From contig RBZT01000323.1 in the NCBI GenBank assembly GCA_003693705.1, positions 15,625 to 79,624 of the forward strand: 64,000 nt of DNA, written 5' to 3'. The translations under genes and the position numbers were made by a program. Below are positions 11,875 through 23,881 of the stretch, piece after piece. Numbering within the stretch: position 1 is the stretch's first letter; each line of letters opens with the position of its first letter. The notes below the pieces were generated by a model that saw only the letters and a program-made list of their open reading frames with translations, was not told the DNA's origin and did not search any database. This stretch comes from Polymyxa betae A26-41 (Eukaryota > Protista > Endomyxa: Phytomyxea).

Positions 11875-14713
11875 ATGGCTGGAGACAGTGGGCAGAAGCT
11901 CGATATGGGCATTGAAGCCAATCAGCTCGAGCTTATTGCCGTTATCACTATTATGGTCACGCTGCTCTTACACTATGCTTCAGTAAAGCTCGAACAGGTC
12001 TGAGAGTATACTGTTTTTATAAATAATGTATTGGCGTGCTTCTTTTTATTCTTTTCGGCTGATAGGTTTATCTCATATTGTTGTCAGGTTCTGAAAAGGC
12101 ATAAGCATTTATCAGAAATGCTACATCATTTATATCGAGAGCTGATGGTCCTTGGTCTAATCTCGTTCGGGCTGTTTGCTGTTGAAAAGCAAAAAGGATC
12201 GTCGTTCAGCCATGATACAAAGGAGATTTTCGAGAATATCCATATAATGGTGTTGAACTTTCAAACTTATCTCCATCACGTTTTCTAAGCCTGCGAACAG
12301 ATTTTTTTGATTGCATTTGCCTACACCGTTTTCACTGTGATATTAATGACGGTTTCCGTCCGAATATCAAAATTTTGGGATGGTGTTGAAGAACAAGACC
12401 ATGATTATTACTTCAGGCTAAAAGCCCAGTTTGAAGATATTCGCGAAAAGTTCAAAAACATGGGCATTATCTCCAAGATATTCAGCGTATGCCTGCTGTT
12501 TAAGTATGTTCTCCATTAGCAAGTTTCTGCCTTTCGATAATATCCCGTCAGGCATTTTAAATTAGTTGAGCAAGTCTCATTCCACGATCTCAAGCTTCAT
12601 TTTGTGCACTCAAACCATCTGCCCTCATCATTCTCCTTCGCCAGATACCTCCGTAAATGCAAGAGTCACGTCTTATTGCAATTTGGAGATATTCATCCAG
12701 CTTGCTGGATGACTTTGATCATTATTTTGATGTGCGATATGCTGCTAAGAAATTCCATCGCCATTCCTCATGGTAGTTTGTCAATTGAGCTCAAATTTGG
12801 AACATACTGAATTGCTCTCAGATATCATGATTCGAATATGGCAGGTGACTTTGGTAGTTCTCGGGTTTCTTCTCTGTATCGTTCCCATCGCTGTGCTTGT
12901 TAAGACTCGAGCTATTCTCTCAGAAATCATGCTGCATCCAGAAATGATCGATTTCGACCCAGTTGCTGCCAGGTGATGGTTTATCTCGTCGTGTTCGTCT
13001 CCCGGCTAAATTCTTTTTAGGTATTACATCGACCATTGGAGAGACTCGGAAGATGGGGCTCCAGAGCAATCGTTGTCGTACGCTTTTGCGGAGAATAGTG
13101 TCCAAGGAATTAACATCCATTTCACTGCCGAATCTGCTGCACGACAGGTTGCCAGAACCTTTCAAATAGACCATTGGGGCCAAAAAAGTGCACATTTGAA
13201 TGTATGAGAAGCAACATTAACTGATTTCTCATCTAGATTCCAGTGAGTCTACTGTCCCAGCATTTCTAGCGAATCTGGATCCTGCTTGTCATCTGGAGCA
13301 GGACAACGATGCTACTCTGGGTGTCGATGAGCAGCCTCGGCTTGGCAGGGTCCAATCCGTGCGAAATGTCATGTTCCATCAAATGAATCTATTCTGGTTC
13401 AATTCCCATATCTTCATGCTGCGGTAAAGTCAATCTAATCTGCTGTTTAAATTAGTTCGCTTATTGTCTGACAGGCTGATGCAAGTCTGCCAGTTCTTAG
13501 CGGTTTGGTATTTTGCCATTCTGTTCCAATATCACGCACAGTTGATTGGCAAATACTATTTCATGTATCCTTTGGCTGCAAGTACGTATTTTACAATCTT
13601 GGCTGATATGCTATGTTGATCGTCTTGTTATAGTCCCACTGATTGTGCTTCTGACCTGCTTCTCTTGGACATTACCGGTTTATACGATTATTATCCATGT
13701 CGGTCAATTAGTTGATCTTGACATCGTCCTTGAAGCTCGAATGAAAGCATCAAGGCCAGCTCAGGTAACAGCTTCTCAATCGTCTATTCGATCATTTTAA
13801 TTAGGGGCTTAGGACCTTACTACTGTGGTTGTTGCTCCAGCTCAATTAAGGCGAACATCGACGTTAATGCTCTTACCTAGACGTGAGCGATTGAGGCTTC
13901 AGGTATCATCAACTCGGTTGCCGTTTCCCAACATTGACCATGTAATGCAGCTGTCGGTCATTGTATTTGGTGGCAGATTCCAAATGGCATTATTCTGGGG
14001 CATCCTCATCCAGACCAGCCTGGTGCTCTTCTATTATTTCCCCTCGCTTTCTATTCATTCGTCGATTCCGTATCTGACGCTTGTGATCCCGTCATTGTTT
14101 TTATTTGAAATGTAATCTTATCTTGTTATGCCGTTTGGCAATTCTAATTGTTGGTCTGCAGGGGTGCAAAATTCTACGCTGCGGGTTACAAGTTCTTCAA
14201 GAAATCGCACATTGCGCTTTTCGACCTATTTATTGTCCTGTCTACGTTCGCTCTGTCAATTTTACAACTATGCATTGGTGTGGTGAGTCCTCCAGCTACA
14301 GCTATTGTGCTGTTGAGAGTATTCCAAATAATTCGTGCTTCTCGATATGGCAGAATTATGCGGCAGAACCAAGAAAGCATTTACGAAGGTAGTTACCGCT
14401 TGCAGACACTCATCCATCTATGTCGTTAAGAAATCTTTCTCTAGCTAAAATCGGACAAACCGAAATCGAAATGCAAATGAAGCGTACGCTGGAGAATTTG
14501 GCTTCAGAGCCAAGCCAGCACCGGAAATGGGTTTCGACGGGTTCGAACTCGGACGGCGTCATTGTACAAGACGATTTCCTTCTCAGGAGGGCTCGAACGT
14601 TACCGGCTAGTAGTTCGCCTCAGGCTACCAGGGTTAAGAATTTCAAATTCTCGGCAGGAAATGAGAAGTTTGAGATCCCGGTCCAGTCGTTCGTTGTTCG
14701 ACCTGAGTTATAA
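11875..14713 (+). CDS. MLO: MLO-family multipass membrane protein with a C-terminal voltage-sensor-like (S1-S4) domain, many exons
   Basis: MLO-like motifs RELMVLGLISFGL, FENIHIM.FLIA, FSFARYLRK..FGDIHPACW, LFWFNS, TLPVYTII; later exons give LFLFEMGAKFYAAGYKFF..LFDLFIV (S2-S3) and LLRVFQIIRASRYGRIMR (S4). Confidence 0.8.
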
Positions 14714-14738
14714 ACTTAATATTTGTATCTACCATAAA

Positions 14739-15159
14739 TTAATTGTTCAATTTGAATTTGTGCTTGCACTTGAGACATTCGTAGAAGACCGTCTGACCTT
14801 CATCAGCCGATCGCGTCTGCATCGTGTAGAATGACAGCTCGAGGTGACCGCACTCAGGGCAATCTTCTTTCACGATTGCCCTCGATTGAGATTCGTCAGC
14901 ATTAGACAATACAATAGTGTCGGCATTCTTGGAAACAGATTGAGAATCTATCTGTTTAGCAACAGATAACACTGAACAGATGCTCAATATCAACGACGAC
15001 TGAATTTGTGGAAATAAAATTACGTTCCGAGCGGCAGAGAAAACCGCAATCGTAGCACGAGACGTTATCGTCATCATCTGGTAACGACATAATCGAATGG
15101 CATGTTGGGCAAAATGAAGCAGTTGGAGAGAGTTGCTGGAAGGTCCACTTTAATGCCAT
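14739..15159 (-). CDS. RPA12: RNA polymerase I subunit RPA12
   Basis: N-terminal zinc ribbon FCPTC..CYDC and TFIIS-like C-terminus [27 protein letters not shown]; one intron. Confidence 0.9.
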
Positions 15160-16101
15160 CAGGATTTCAGCTGACGATTGCTCAGAATCGATTGAGATCG
15201 CCAGTCCAACGACTCCGTGACGCAAAAATGATCCTTTGATTTTGGTTCCAATAAAGTTTTGTTACCTTTGTTGACCGCGAGCATTGAGGAATGCTTGTGA
15301 TAGGTAGCTGTCTATCAGTATCTGAGATAAGTCTGACGTAAATATTCTGAATCGATTTCTGAGATTTAACGATATAATACCGAGTCTCGATCTATTTTAT
15401 GTCAGCGACGATTCGAGCGCGTCCATTCATAGCCATGGGCTCACGGCATCAAATTCGTCGCCATCTTGTAGCCGAAACCGAACTGACAGGACGAGCGATA
15501 AGCTCAGCAGCGAGTCGTGTCCATTGTTAAACAACAAATCAGTTGTTGTTTATCAAGCGAAGCCTGGTAGAATTCTAACGGCAATAAAAAACCCATCTTC
15601 TGGCGTTTTGTGGTTTTGATGGTGGACTTTCAGAGAGGTTTTGATGATAGCGAAAGATAGCTCTCGCTTTATACATTCAGTAATCTGCTCGCAACCGAGT
15701 TAAATCACGGAATTTTTTTCTAGTTTTCTGCTGATGGCGGAGGCTAGAAGAATCACGAAACGCGACCGATAATCCTCCAATGTTCCATACGTTTACGATC
15801 TCAAATTGGTAAATCTCAGCATTAACTAGATTGGTTTCATAGAAAGCGTCATTGCAAAACGAAACCTTCAACTTCATCGAAACAGCATTATCGGGATACG
15901 GCCGTGGACCAGCATGTTTTACTATGCATATGGGAGCCCAATATCAGTACAATGAAGAGAGAGAGACAGTAACAAGACTGAGGACGACAGCAGTCTGCTG
16001 GAGAGCTCCGCAGTAATCGCCTCCTTCAATCCGAGTGAGTGAAACATACTCACGCTTAACCATTCGCTCGGGGCGTCCTGCTGCCATTCCAGGCGGTCGC
16101 C

Positions 16102-17488
16102 ATGCTGTCCCGCTCCCTAATCCGGCCGCAGGCCCAAGTCGTCTACAACACGACGCTGCGCCTGCTGAGGACGTCGGCCACGATTAGGAGATCGCCGTTG
16201 GTCATGGCGTCCTACCATCATCCCTTACGATCGCATATCCTGTTCGCACAAGCAGCCAATCTGCATATCGTTCGGCGGTTTTCGTCCTCGTCCGATTCGT
16301 CGTCGGAAAAGCAAGGACGATGGGAGCAGGTTAAAGGCGTCTTGCGTCATTATTGGAATGGGTCCAAGCTGCTGGCTGCCAATGTATCGACGGCTGCAAA
16401 ACTTGTTCGGAAATCGACTCTTGGCAAAAGACTGACTAGAAGAGAGAGAAGGTTATTGACATTAACAGCTGCTGATGTCGCTCGTTTGGTCCCATTCGCC
16501 TTCTTTATAATCGTGCCTTTCATGTAAGCAATGTTGATAAGGTAATAGCTATTTTCCAAAAATAATTTTTTGTAGGGAACTTTTATTGCCCTTCGCCTTA
16601 ATGTTGTTCCCGAACATGCTTCCATCAACGTTCGAGGACAAGAACAAGAAGGAAGAGAAGATGAAGAAGCAACTGAAGTTACGAATGGAAATGGCCCAGT
16701 TTCTGCAAGAGACGACAGAAATGATGGCGAAAGATCTTGAAAAGCGATCGACCGATTCCGAAGGCGTGAAAGACAAGGCCGAACGTCTCGTTCGTCTGCT
16801 TCAGCGCGTTCGCGAAGGGAAGTACATCACTAATGACGACCTGCACGAGTTGGCGTCGCTCTTCCAGGACGATTTCACCTTGGAGCATCTCTCTCGAGAT
16901 CAGCTTCTGAGTCTGTGCCGATACATGGGCATACCAGCGTATGGGCGAAACTCGCGACTTCAGTACGAGCTGATAAAGCGATTGGAGGAGATTCGCGAGG
17001 ACGATCGCCTAATCATTGAAGAGGGCGGCATCAGTACTCTGACGCTGCCGGAATTACGAGCGGCTGCCCAGCATCGGGGAATGCAGGCCCTGGGTGTCGA
17101 AGAGCATGTTTTGAAGGAGAAATTACAGGGCTGGCTGGATCTGTCCTTGAATCAGGCTATCCCGCCTGCTTTGTTGATTCTGTCCCGAATATTCACTCTC
17201 AATCAGGGCGAGAACCCAGCCAACCTCGAGATGATCAAGGATACGCTTGCGAATCTGGACGACAAGATCGTGGAAGAAGCCCTGGACGACCTAATCGACG
17301 ACAACGCGCAGAAACTCGAGGACGTCAAATTCCAACTCGAACTACTGAAAGAAGAAGAAGCCGACGCACAGAGCAAAACACAGCAAGAGAAAGAACGGAA
17401 AGACGGCGACGATGACGACGACGACGAATGTGAACAAGTGGATGCCCAAGCTGATCAGAAATCAAGAGGAAAAACGAAAATCGAGTGA
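16102..17488 (+). CDS. LETM1: Mitochondrial LETM1/Mdm38 protein
   Basis: Presequence-like N-terminus; HYWNGSKLL, LTRRERR, RLVPFAFFIIVPFM/ELLLP, FPNMLPSTF, WLDLSL..IPPALLILSR. Confidence 0.92.
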
Positions 17489-18228
17489 GTCCCGAGTCCT
17501 ATTCTCCCTTTCGAAGGATTTTGGGATAGTGTCCAAGACAGAAAGGGAACATTGTAGAAGAATCTATTAGCAAGTAAAAGAGCTACGCTTTCCTATTGGA
17601 ATTTTGTCCGATCTCGCTGATTTTTTTAATTCGGTCGATCATCTTCAGCCGTGCTCGATTTCCACCCACGCCAGTGTCATAGAAACGCCTATCTGCTCTT
17701 CCTCTTGTTGTTGTCGACAGTCGCTCACATTGCGACATGTTTTGCAGCATAGCTCTTCTACGTCCAGTTTGCTATCGCTTGCCCGTCATCCCATCCTTGT
17801 AGGTAAAGAACTCTGCATGATAGTATTCATGCAGTACTCCCTTTCTATTGATCTTCACCTGGAGAAGCAAGCCTTTTGTAGCTAAGAACGAACTAAATGC
17901 TGGTTTTGCTCAACCTTCCCTTCCATCAAAAACTGTTTAGCAAGTTACTGGCTAAAGTGATCTATTGACGAAAGGTCGGTGTCATTTCATCTTGACGAAC
18001 CGAACTAATTATCACAGTCTATAGCCGGATATTTCACTGTGATTCAGGAATGCGAAGCGTTCTACGGTCTGAAAACCGTAAGCTATGATCTACGTCTGCA
18101 TAACAGGACTTCATTAGCACATTGGCAGCCACCAAATGGAACATTCTCGCCAGCTATTGTTTACTCAAAGATCTCTGAGTGGGATATAAGCAAGCTGCAT
18201 AATGGTTTATGCTTTACAATTAAACAAC

Positions 18229-18834
18229 TTATGCCCTTTTCTTCGGTGATTCCGCCCGCTGCGCTGAGAGCACAGCAAGCCCCAGCAGCGCCAACGACAT
18301 GACAGTCGAAACGGTCACTGAGATTACAATGCTATGGAATGTTGTTCGATTATGGAGAATGGGGCCCAGAACGAACATGGAAGATGATAGCAGAGACGTC
18401 ACCAAGCACATGACAGAATGAGAATGTCTTCGGTAGGAGGTCAAGCTGATGACGACCGCCAGAATGGTGAACAGATGAGGGCTGGCTAGAAATGCAGATT
18501 CGAAAGCTTCCGGGTCGAATTCATAAGCACGAATCAGACGATACTGCTTGAAGCAGCTGGCGGAGACCGAGTCCATTAAGGCCCAGAAGATGGCAAGCAA
18601 ACGCGGGTTACGAGGCGACAGAATCACCACGCTTAAGAACAAGCCGAGAAGATCACAAAGCCTTGTCGTGACAATCGACGACGTTGGTAGCAAGGCGATG
18701 CGAACCAGCTGGGTGGCGAAGAAGGCGATGGAGCCGGAGAAGGCCAACCTCGGCGTCGACGGTTCGAAATGCTGAAGCACCAGATGCGGACCGACCGACA
18801 GAGCGGCACAGTTTAGGAAATGGAAAAACGTCAT
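18229..18834 (-). CDS. TMEM147: TMEM147-like multipass membrane protein
   Basis: Begins MTFFHFLNCAAL (TMEM147 N-terminal signature), followed by several hydrophobic helices. Confidence 0.72.
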   Translation of the reverse strand: MTFFHFLNCAALSVGPHLVLQHFEPSTPRLAFSGSIAFFATQLVRIALLPTSSIVTTRLCDLLGLFLSVVILSPRNPRLLAIFWALMDSVSASCFKQYRLIRAYEFDPEAFESAFLASPHLFTILAVVISLTSYRRHSHSVMCLVTSLLSSSMFVLGPILHNRTTFHSIVISVTVSTVMSLALLGLAVLSAQRAESPKKRA

Positions 18835-19095
18835 TCGAATGTCGGGCTGTCTGGGAATGCTCTGAGAAGGTTTCAGAAGACAATCTGAGAAAACCGCCGA
18901 CTTCCGTCTTCCGCTACGGCTACGCAGCGCCCAATAACAGAAGGCGCATTTGTAAAAAACAAACAAAAAACAAAAAAAATCTGATTGGACGCAGCCTCCT
19001 CCCTGCTGTTGAGACATTGTCCTGTTTCATTCTGTATTCGATGTGAGAGACAACTTTGGTGTATTTAAGCGAAATTAAATCGAAGCCTTTGGCCG

Positions 19096-19866
19096 TCATG
19101 TGGCGGGTTCATGCGATCGTTTTTTAGCAGGCGTTGTTGCGCTATTGAGCCAGCTGTAAGCATCTTCGAGCTGGTCGTCGCCAGGCCCAGATTCAAAGCT
19201 GATGATGATGAACGCATTCAGGTCTTTGACGCCGGCCTTATTATCGGCCAGAATTCGGGTGGCGATTTCATTCTTGGCCCCGCCTGGTACGCTGCCATAA
19301 TAACTCTTTAATAGACGTTCTTTGACCATGATGACGATAGGCAGATCAGGATGTCTCTTATGGATGTTATCGAAGCATAACATGATAAATCGTAGCAAAG
19401 AGGCGAGATTTGGAGCGTCCATCACTGATATGATGGCGGCCTTGACGCTTTCTTTCTGGGTCCTGACGATCCATTCGGCAATGGTATGCTGTTCGGCGCC
19501 TTTGCAATTGCTGGAAACTCGGGCTATGAAGACACGATTGATTTCGGATTTTCTTGGCACTTTCCTGGGCAAAAGGCTTCGAAGAAGATCGCGAACTCGA
19601 ATGCAGGGCGATAATGTGAGCTTCGCCTCGGTCGTCGTCATGTATAGACCACCAATCGGGTCTGTTAGATCACCTTGCCTGAAATTCGTGCACAAGGCTG
19701 TTTGCATTTTGCCAAGATGATACAACGATCTGGAAGGTGAAAGCGTGTACTGCTCGAATACCAGCAGCTTCCCATCGTTTTGGTTCTGTATTTTCTGATT
19801 CAGATTCTTACGTAAACTGTGCCTTGCTCTACCAACGCTCTTGAACAGTTTCGTAAAACGCTCCAT
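19096..19866 (-). CDS. Hypothetical protein; C-terminal half resembles a degenerate Arf/Ras-like GTPase fold; may extend upstream by splicing to ~20670
   Basis: 256-aa ORF; AAIISVMD, PIVIMVK, IISFESGPG..LEDAYSWL echo Arf beta4/G4/G5/last helix, but no GxxxxGKT P-loop is seen. Confidence 0.5.
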   Translation of the reverse strand: MERFTKLFKSVGRARHSLRKNLNQKIQNQNDGKLLVFEQYTLSPSRSLYHLGKMQTALCTNFRQGDLTDPIGGLYMTTTEAKLTLSPCIRVRDLLRSLLPRKVPRKSEINRVFIARVSSNCKGAEQHTIAEWIVRTQKESVKAAIISVMDAPNLASLLRFIMLCFDNIHKRHPDLPIVIMVKERLLKSYYGSVPGGAKNEIATRILADNKAGVKDLNAFIIISFESGPGDDQLEDAYSWLNSATTPAKKRSHEPAT

Positions 19867-20736
19867 ACTCGCCGGCTACGAACTCGCTTGGTCGATATGC
19901 CTTGTTCGGCGTCTCGTCGTTTTGAAAGATGTGGTACTGGACTTGAGCGATGGTCCGATTGACTTTTCCGATTTCCGATTGGCCACAATTTTGGAAGAAA
20001 TGATCCTTAGAAATTCCGCATCATAGTCACTGTTCGGTAGCATTCGAAATTGACGATTGAAGCGAAGTTCTTTGTTGAAATGTTTAATTACAAGAATCGT
20101 CACGGTTTGCAAACGCTTTCCTGAAATTTGCCTGCGTTAGTATGGCTCTTCGCGAAATCCTCTCTCTTGAGGATTCTGCAATCTCTTCACGATAGACTGA
20201 ATCGACGGGGTTCGAACATTATCAAAACATAATCAACAGGAGTCTACTGTATGAGCACATACCTACTTCCATTGTTTCAGAGCTGGCAGTATCCCACCCT
20301 GTTAGGAAATGACACGGTTGCTCGGCCCTTTCTGTACGACCACGATGACCTTCGAGAAGCTAAGAGAGGCTTGATCAGGGACTCGACCCAGGACCTTATC
20401 GGTTCAAGTTCCCCTACTGATGAATTATATAACATCCAAATTCGTACGCTGTTGTTCAAAAATTGGCATCGCTCCTGTAATAGGGCTGTGTTGAAGTCAG
20501 TGATCCCCATCTCGGTGTAGTCTTCTCGAAGTTTTCTCGGGCGTTTCCTGTTGTTGTTTGCATCGCAATCGGAATCGGTGCGGTTTGGATCAGCTCAGAT
20601 GATAAGCAATGAAGTTGATAGAGAGAATCAATGAAGAATCAGAAACCAATCGGCTAACTGTCATGAAAAGTCATTCGATAGGGCGAATCGCATATTGAAT
20701 CTCGGAACAAAGCGGCCCCAGCGTTCACTATTGCCG

Positions 20737-21678
20737 ATGCATCTTCAAGAGTTAGTTGCACTGCTGCCGGATGACGCCAGCGTCCAGCGTCATTTCGACC
20801 AGCCGGGTCCCGGCCAGAAAGTGCCCCCCTTCGTGATCGCCCGTCGTGTCACCAGCTCGGAGTTCGGCGCATTGCTCGATCTGATCGCCACGAGAGAAGA
20901 GCCGCCGATCTACTTGAAAGATCTCGACCTGGATGCTGACGGCACGTTACAGGTCAGCTTGATGCAGCCGATCGCGATTCCTGAGATGGCGTCGATATGG
21001 CATGATTGTGTTAGTGAGGCGATCGTGGCACACATGAGAGAGGGACTTTGCCAGGCGGGTTTGTCACCCGATGCTCTCGTCCCGTTCGGCGGCGCCCGTT
21101 ACCCGAGCGCCATCTGCGGCGTCCGAATGGCAACTGGTGTCCAGATTGGACGGAAACCGAATGGCAACAGGTTTGATTGCATTTAGGTTCGTATCTATAC
21201 GCTGACCTCAATCAGATTTGCAGGGATTGGCCGGAAAGCAATCGTGATCGTCATTCGGGAACGTTTCTGGTGGAGGTCGCATTCAGCGAGGATCCTCCTC
21301 ATCTGAGACGGAAAATCGAGTCGACTTGGATGAATGCTAAAGGGGGCATCTTTCCGCTGCTGTTATTAAGCGTCGACTTCGTCTGCTGCGGATCTGAGCA
21401 ATCGTTGCTCGAAGAAGTGCCAATTTGCCTTCATGTCTGCCTCTACAGGCGCCGGATTCTAGACGGTGACGAAGGTCTCGAGATTCTTCAGAGCCTCCAT
21501 GTCGGGCCAGATTCCGGTTGCACCAGCGCCGGGCTTCCAAATCCGCCTCCCTTTAAGGGAGCTCCTGTTTGGCCTGACAAGCGCTCAACACGCCCAATGC
21601 ACCGCCGTCTGCATTGACCTGTATCACATTATCCACACTCTGGAGCAGAAACGCAACTTGTTAAGGCATCGAATGTAA
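20737..21678 (+). pseudogene. PD-(D/E)XK/Uma2-like restriction-endonuclease-fold gene with an apparent frameshift near the 3' end
   Basis: 50-nt intron 21137-21186 joins the ORFs; YADL...TFLVEVAFSEDPPHLRRKI..W motif; C-terminus FQIRLPLRELLFG lies in another frame from ~21535. Confidence 0.55.
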
Positions 21679-21950
21679 TTTCCGATTCCTTCTAAGATCC
21701 TCTATTCCATCTATATAATTTTTCCTAATCGCCATTTTTGATTGAAAACAGATTATTAATGGAGGCGATAACTTGGAGAAAAAGCGAGCGCGAGTTTGAT
21801 CGGAGCGACCCAGGACCAAAACTACAAGTTCTTGAGACAAATTGTCGAAGAACCAAAGGTAATTTCGGCAGCTGCATGACAAGAGTTGAAGCCTAACTGC
21901 ATAAAATATCGAATATGAATTGAAATATATATTTGGGTATGGTATTACAG

Positions 21951-23659
21951 TTAAGCTTTGGCAGCAGCACCGAAACGACCTCGTGAGAGCTCATATGCAT
22001 ACAATTTTAGAACATTTGCTGCCTGCTGCAAGGCCAAGCGCTGTTTGGCTTTCGATATCCAATCCGAAGCCAGCGAATACGCTAACCCATCATGGTCTAA
22101 CGACTCCATCTCCTTGATAGCGTTTCCTAATTCCGATTGCGAAAGGAAATATTGAGAGCGGTGAATCTTGGAAATATCGTCATTGCCATAGACGTACGAA
22201 TCCCTGTTGATTAGCAGCATTGAGACCATTCGACCTAAAACGCACAGATCGTCAGCAAGATGGCGGCGGTAATGATGCAAACTATCAGCCTGTACCAAGA
22301 GCATGACCAAATATTCCGGAATCTGGAGGAACAAGAGCCGCCTGTCGACAAGCCTTGGAAACCGTTTTGAAACGATTCTTGATTTGATCGAATGTCATCA
22401 CTGGAGCATCCGACTTTCTGCTTGGCAACTAACAAGTGCTTAATTGCAATATTCCGATTGAACATTCCAAGCCTTACTGAACTTAATAAAACATCAACAG
22501 TCGGATCATCAGAAAAACGTCTCAAAGGCGCTAAATCCCGCTGAAAACATGCAGAGGCCTCCAAGGCAGTCTCAAGACCGATGGCAGCAGTTGCTAGGGC
22601 ATGGGCCTGTACGCCGAGAGCTTTAACTAAACAAACTACATTTTAACAAACGTCGTACCTTTTCTGATTCCTGCAGGCTGACCTCACAGTTCTTGATGAT
22701 TCGATCTACTTGCTTCACCTGCGATTCGATAGCAGCCATCCTCTCCAGCCGGCTCTTCTTCTCAGCTTCGAATCTTTCTTCGAGCTCCTATTCAACGTTC
22801 AGCAACGTGATTTTTGAAAAAAACGTTCAAAACGACCTGTCGTTTGGCAATTAATTCGGCCTCGTATTTCGACTGAATCTCCTTTTGCTTGGATTCGAGT
22901 TGCTCTTCTAAACGCTTTTCGATGCGTTGGTCGAGATTGGCATTGAACTCTTCGCGAAGTTCGTCTTCTCTTTCCTGAGCCTGCAGAACGGTCACATCTT
23001 GAGAATATGTTCGACAGGAAAGTTCACCAACAATGACGTGCATAAGGGCTCGGAATTGATCGGATTTCAGCAGTTCCAGAGACACATTGGGCGTCCCGTT
23101 GAATTGGGGACTTTCCTCTAAATCTTCTAAAGGAACATCCGGCTGACGAGCGAGTCTACAAAATATCGTTATTTCTAGCAAAAAAAATCCAAAACCTTCA
23201 ACAGAACTCGAAATCGTCTTTCGCTTCGTTTTTGGCTTTCTGAGCGCCATCGCTGGGCATGACCAATGAATGGAAACGCGCTTTTAAATCCTGGTTTTAA
23301 CTCAGCATATTACGGTAATCAATTCTTATTTTGTAGACCTCAATAATTTCTGTGGGAATGTTGGAATGAACCAATTGACGAAAATCATCGTTGAAATGGT
23401 ACGCTGCGACAGCAGATCCGCTTGCAATCAAAGGCACACCTGTCACTACCAAAAACGTCCTTAAAAACGACCGCCTCTTGGTGCCTTCAGGTCGGATTAG
23501 CTAGCGATTACAAATAGCCTGCGATCCGCAACCTGTGGACGCCGCTTCCGGGACAGCCGTCTTGGGCGTCGACTCAGTTGGGGTTTTTGGGGTAGAGTTT
23601 GTCGTTGCCTTAGAAAAACGCCGGATTGGCTGAAGGCGACACCGACAACGAACCAACAT
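21951..23659 (-). CDS. MIC60: MICOS subunit Mic60/mitofilin, multi-exon
   Basis: Presequence MLVRCRCRLQPIRRFS, one TM (FLVVTGVPLIASGSAVAAY), long coiled coil, and mitofilin C-terminus AIKEMESL..SDWISKAKQRLALQQA. Confidence 0.8.
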
Positions 23660-23881
23660 ATTCGATACGAGAAATGAAGGTCGTTAAGGTAAGAATCACC
23701 TTCAAAACTGAATATTTTCATACGGTGTCGCACTTTTTTAAAATCTTACAATTAAGGCGCACTTTTTTTACTGTTTTTTTAAACAGCTACAGTACTTGTT
23801 TTGAAAAGCTCTTATTATAATCAAGCCTTCTTTGTAACCCCTATCGGCGATTGCTCAAAAGTTCTCGAATAGAATGTGTCG

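Noticed and set aside
17604-18230. Possible small spliced gene between LETM1 and TMEM147
   Set aside because: Could not build a consistent exon chain or recognise a domain
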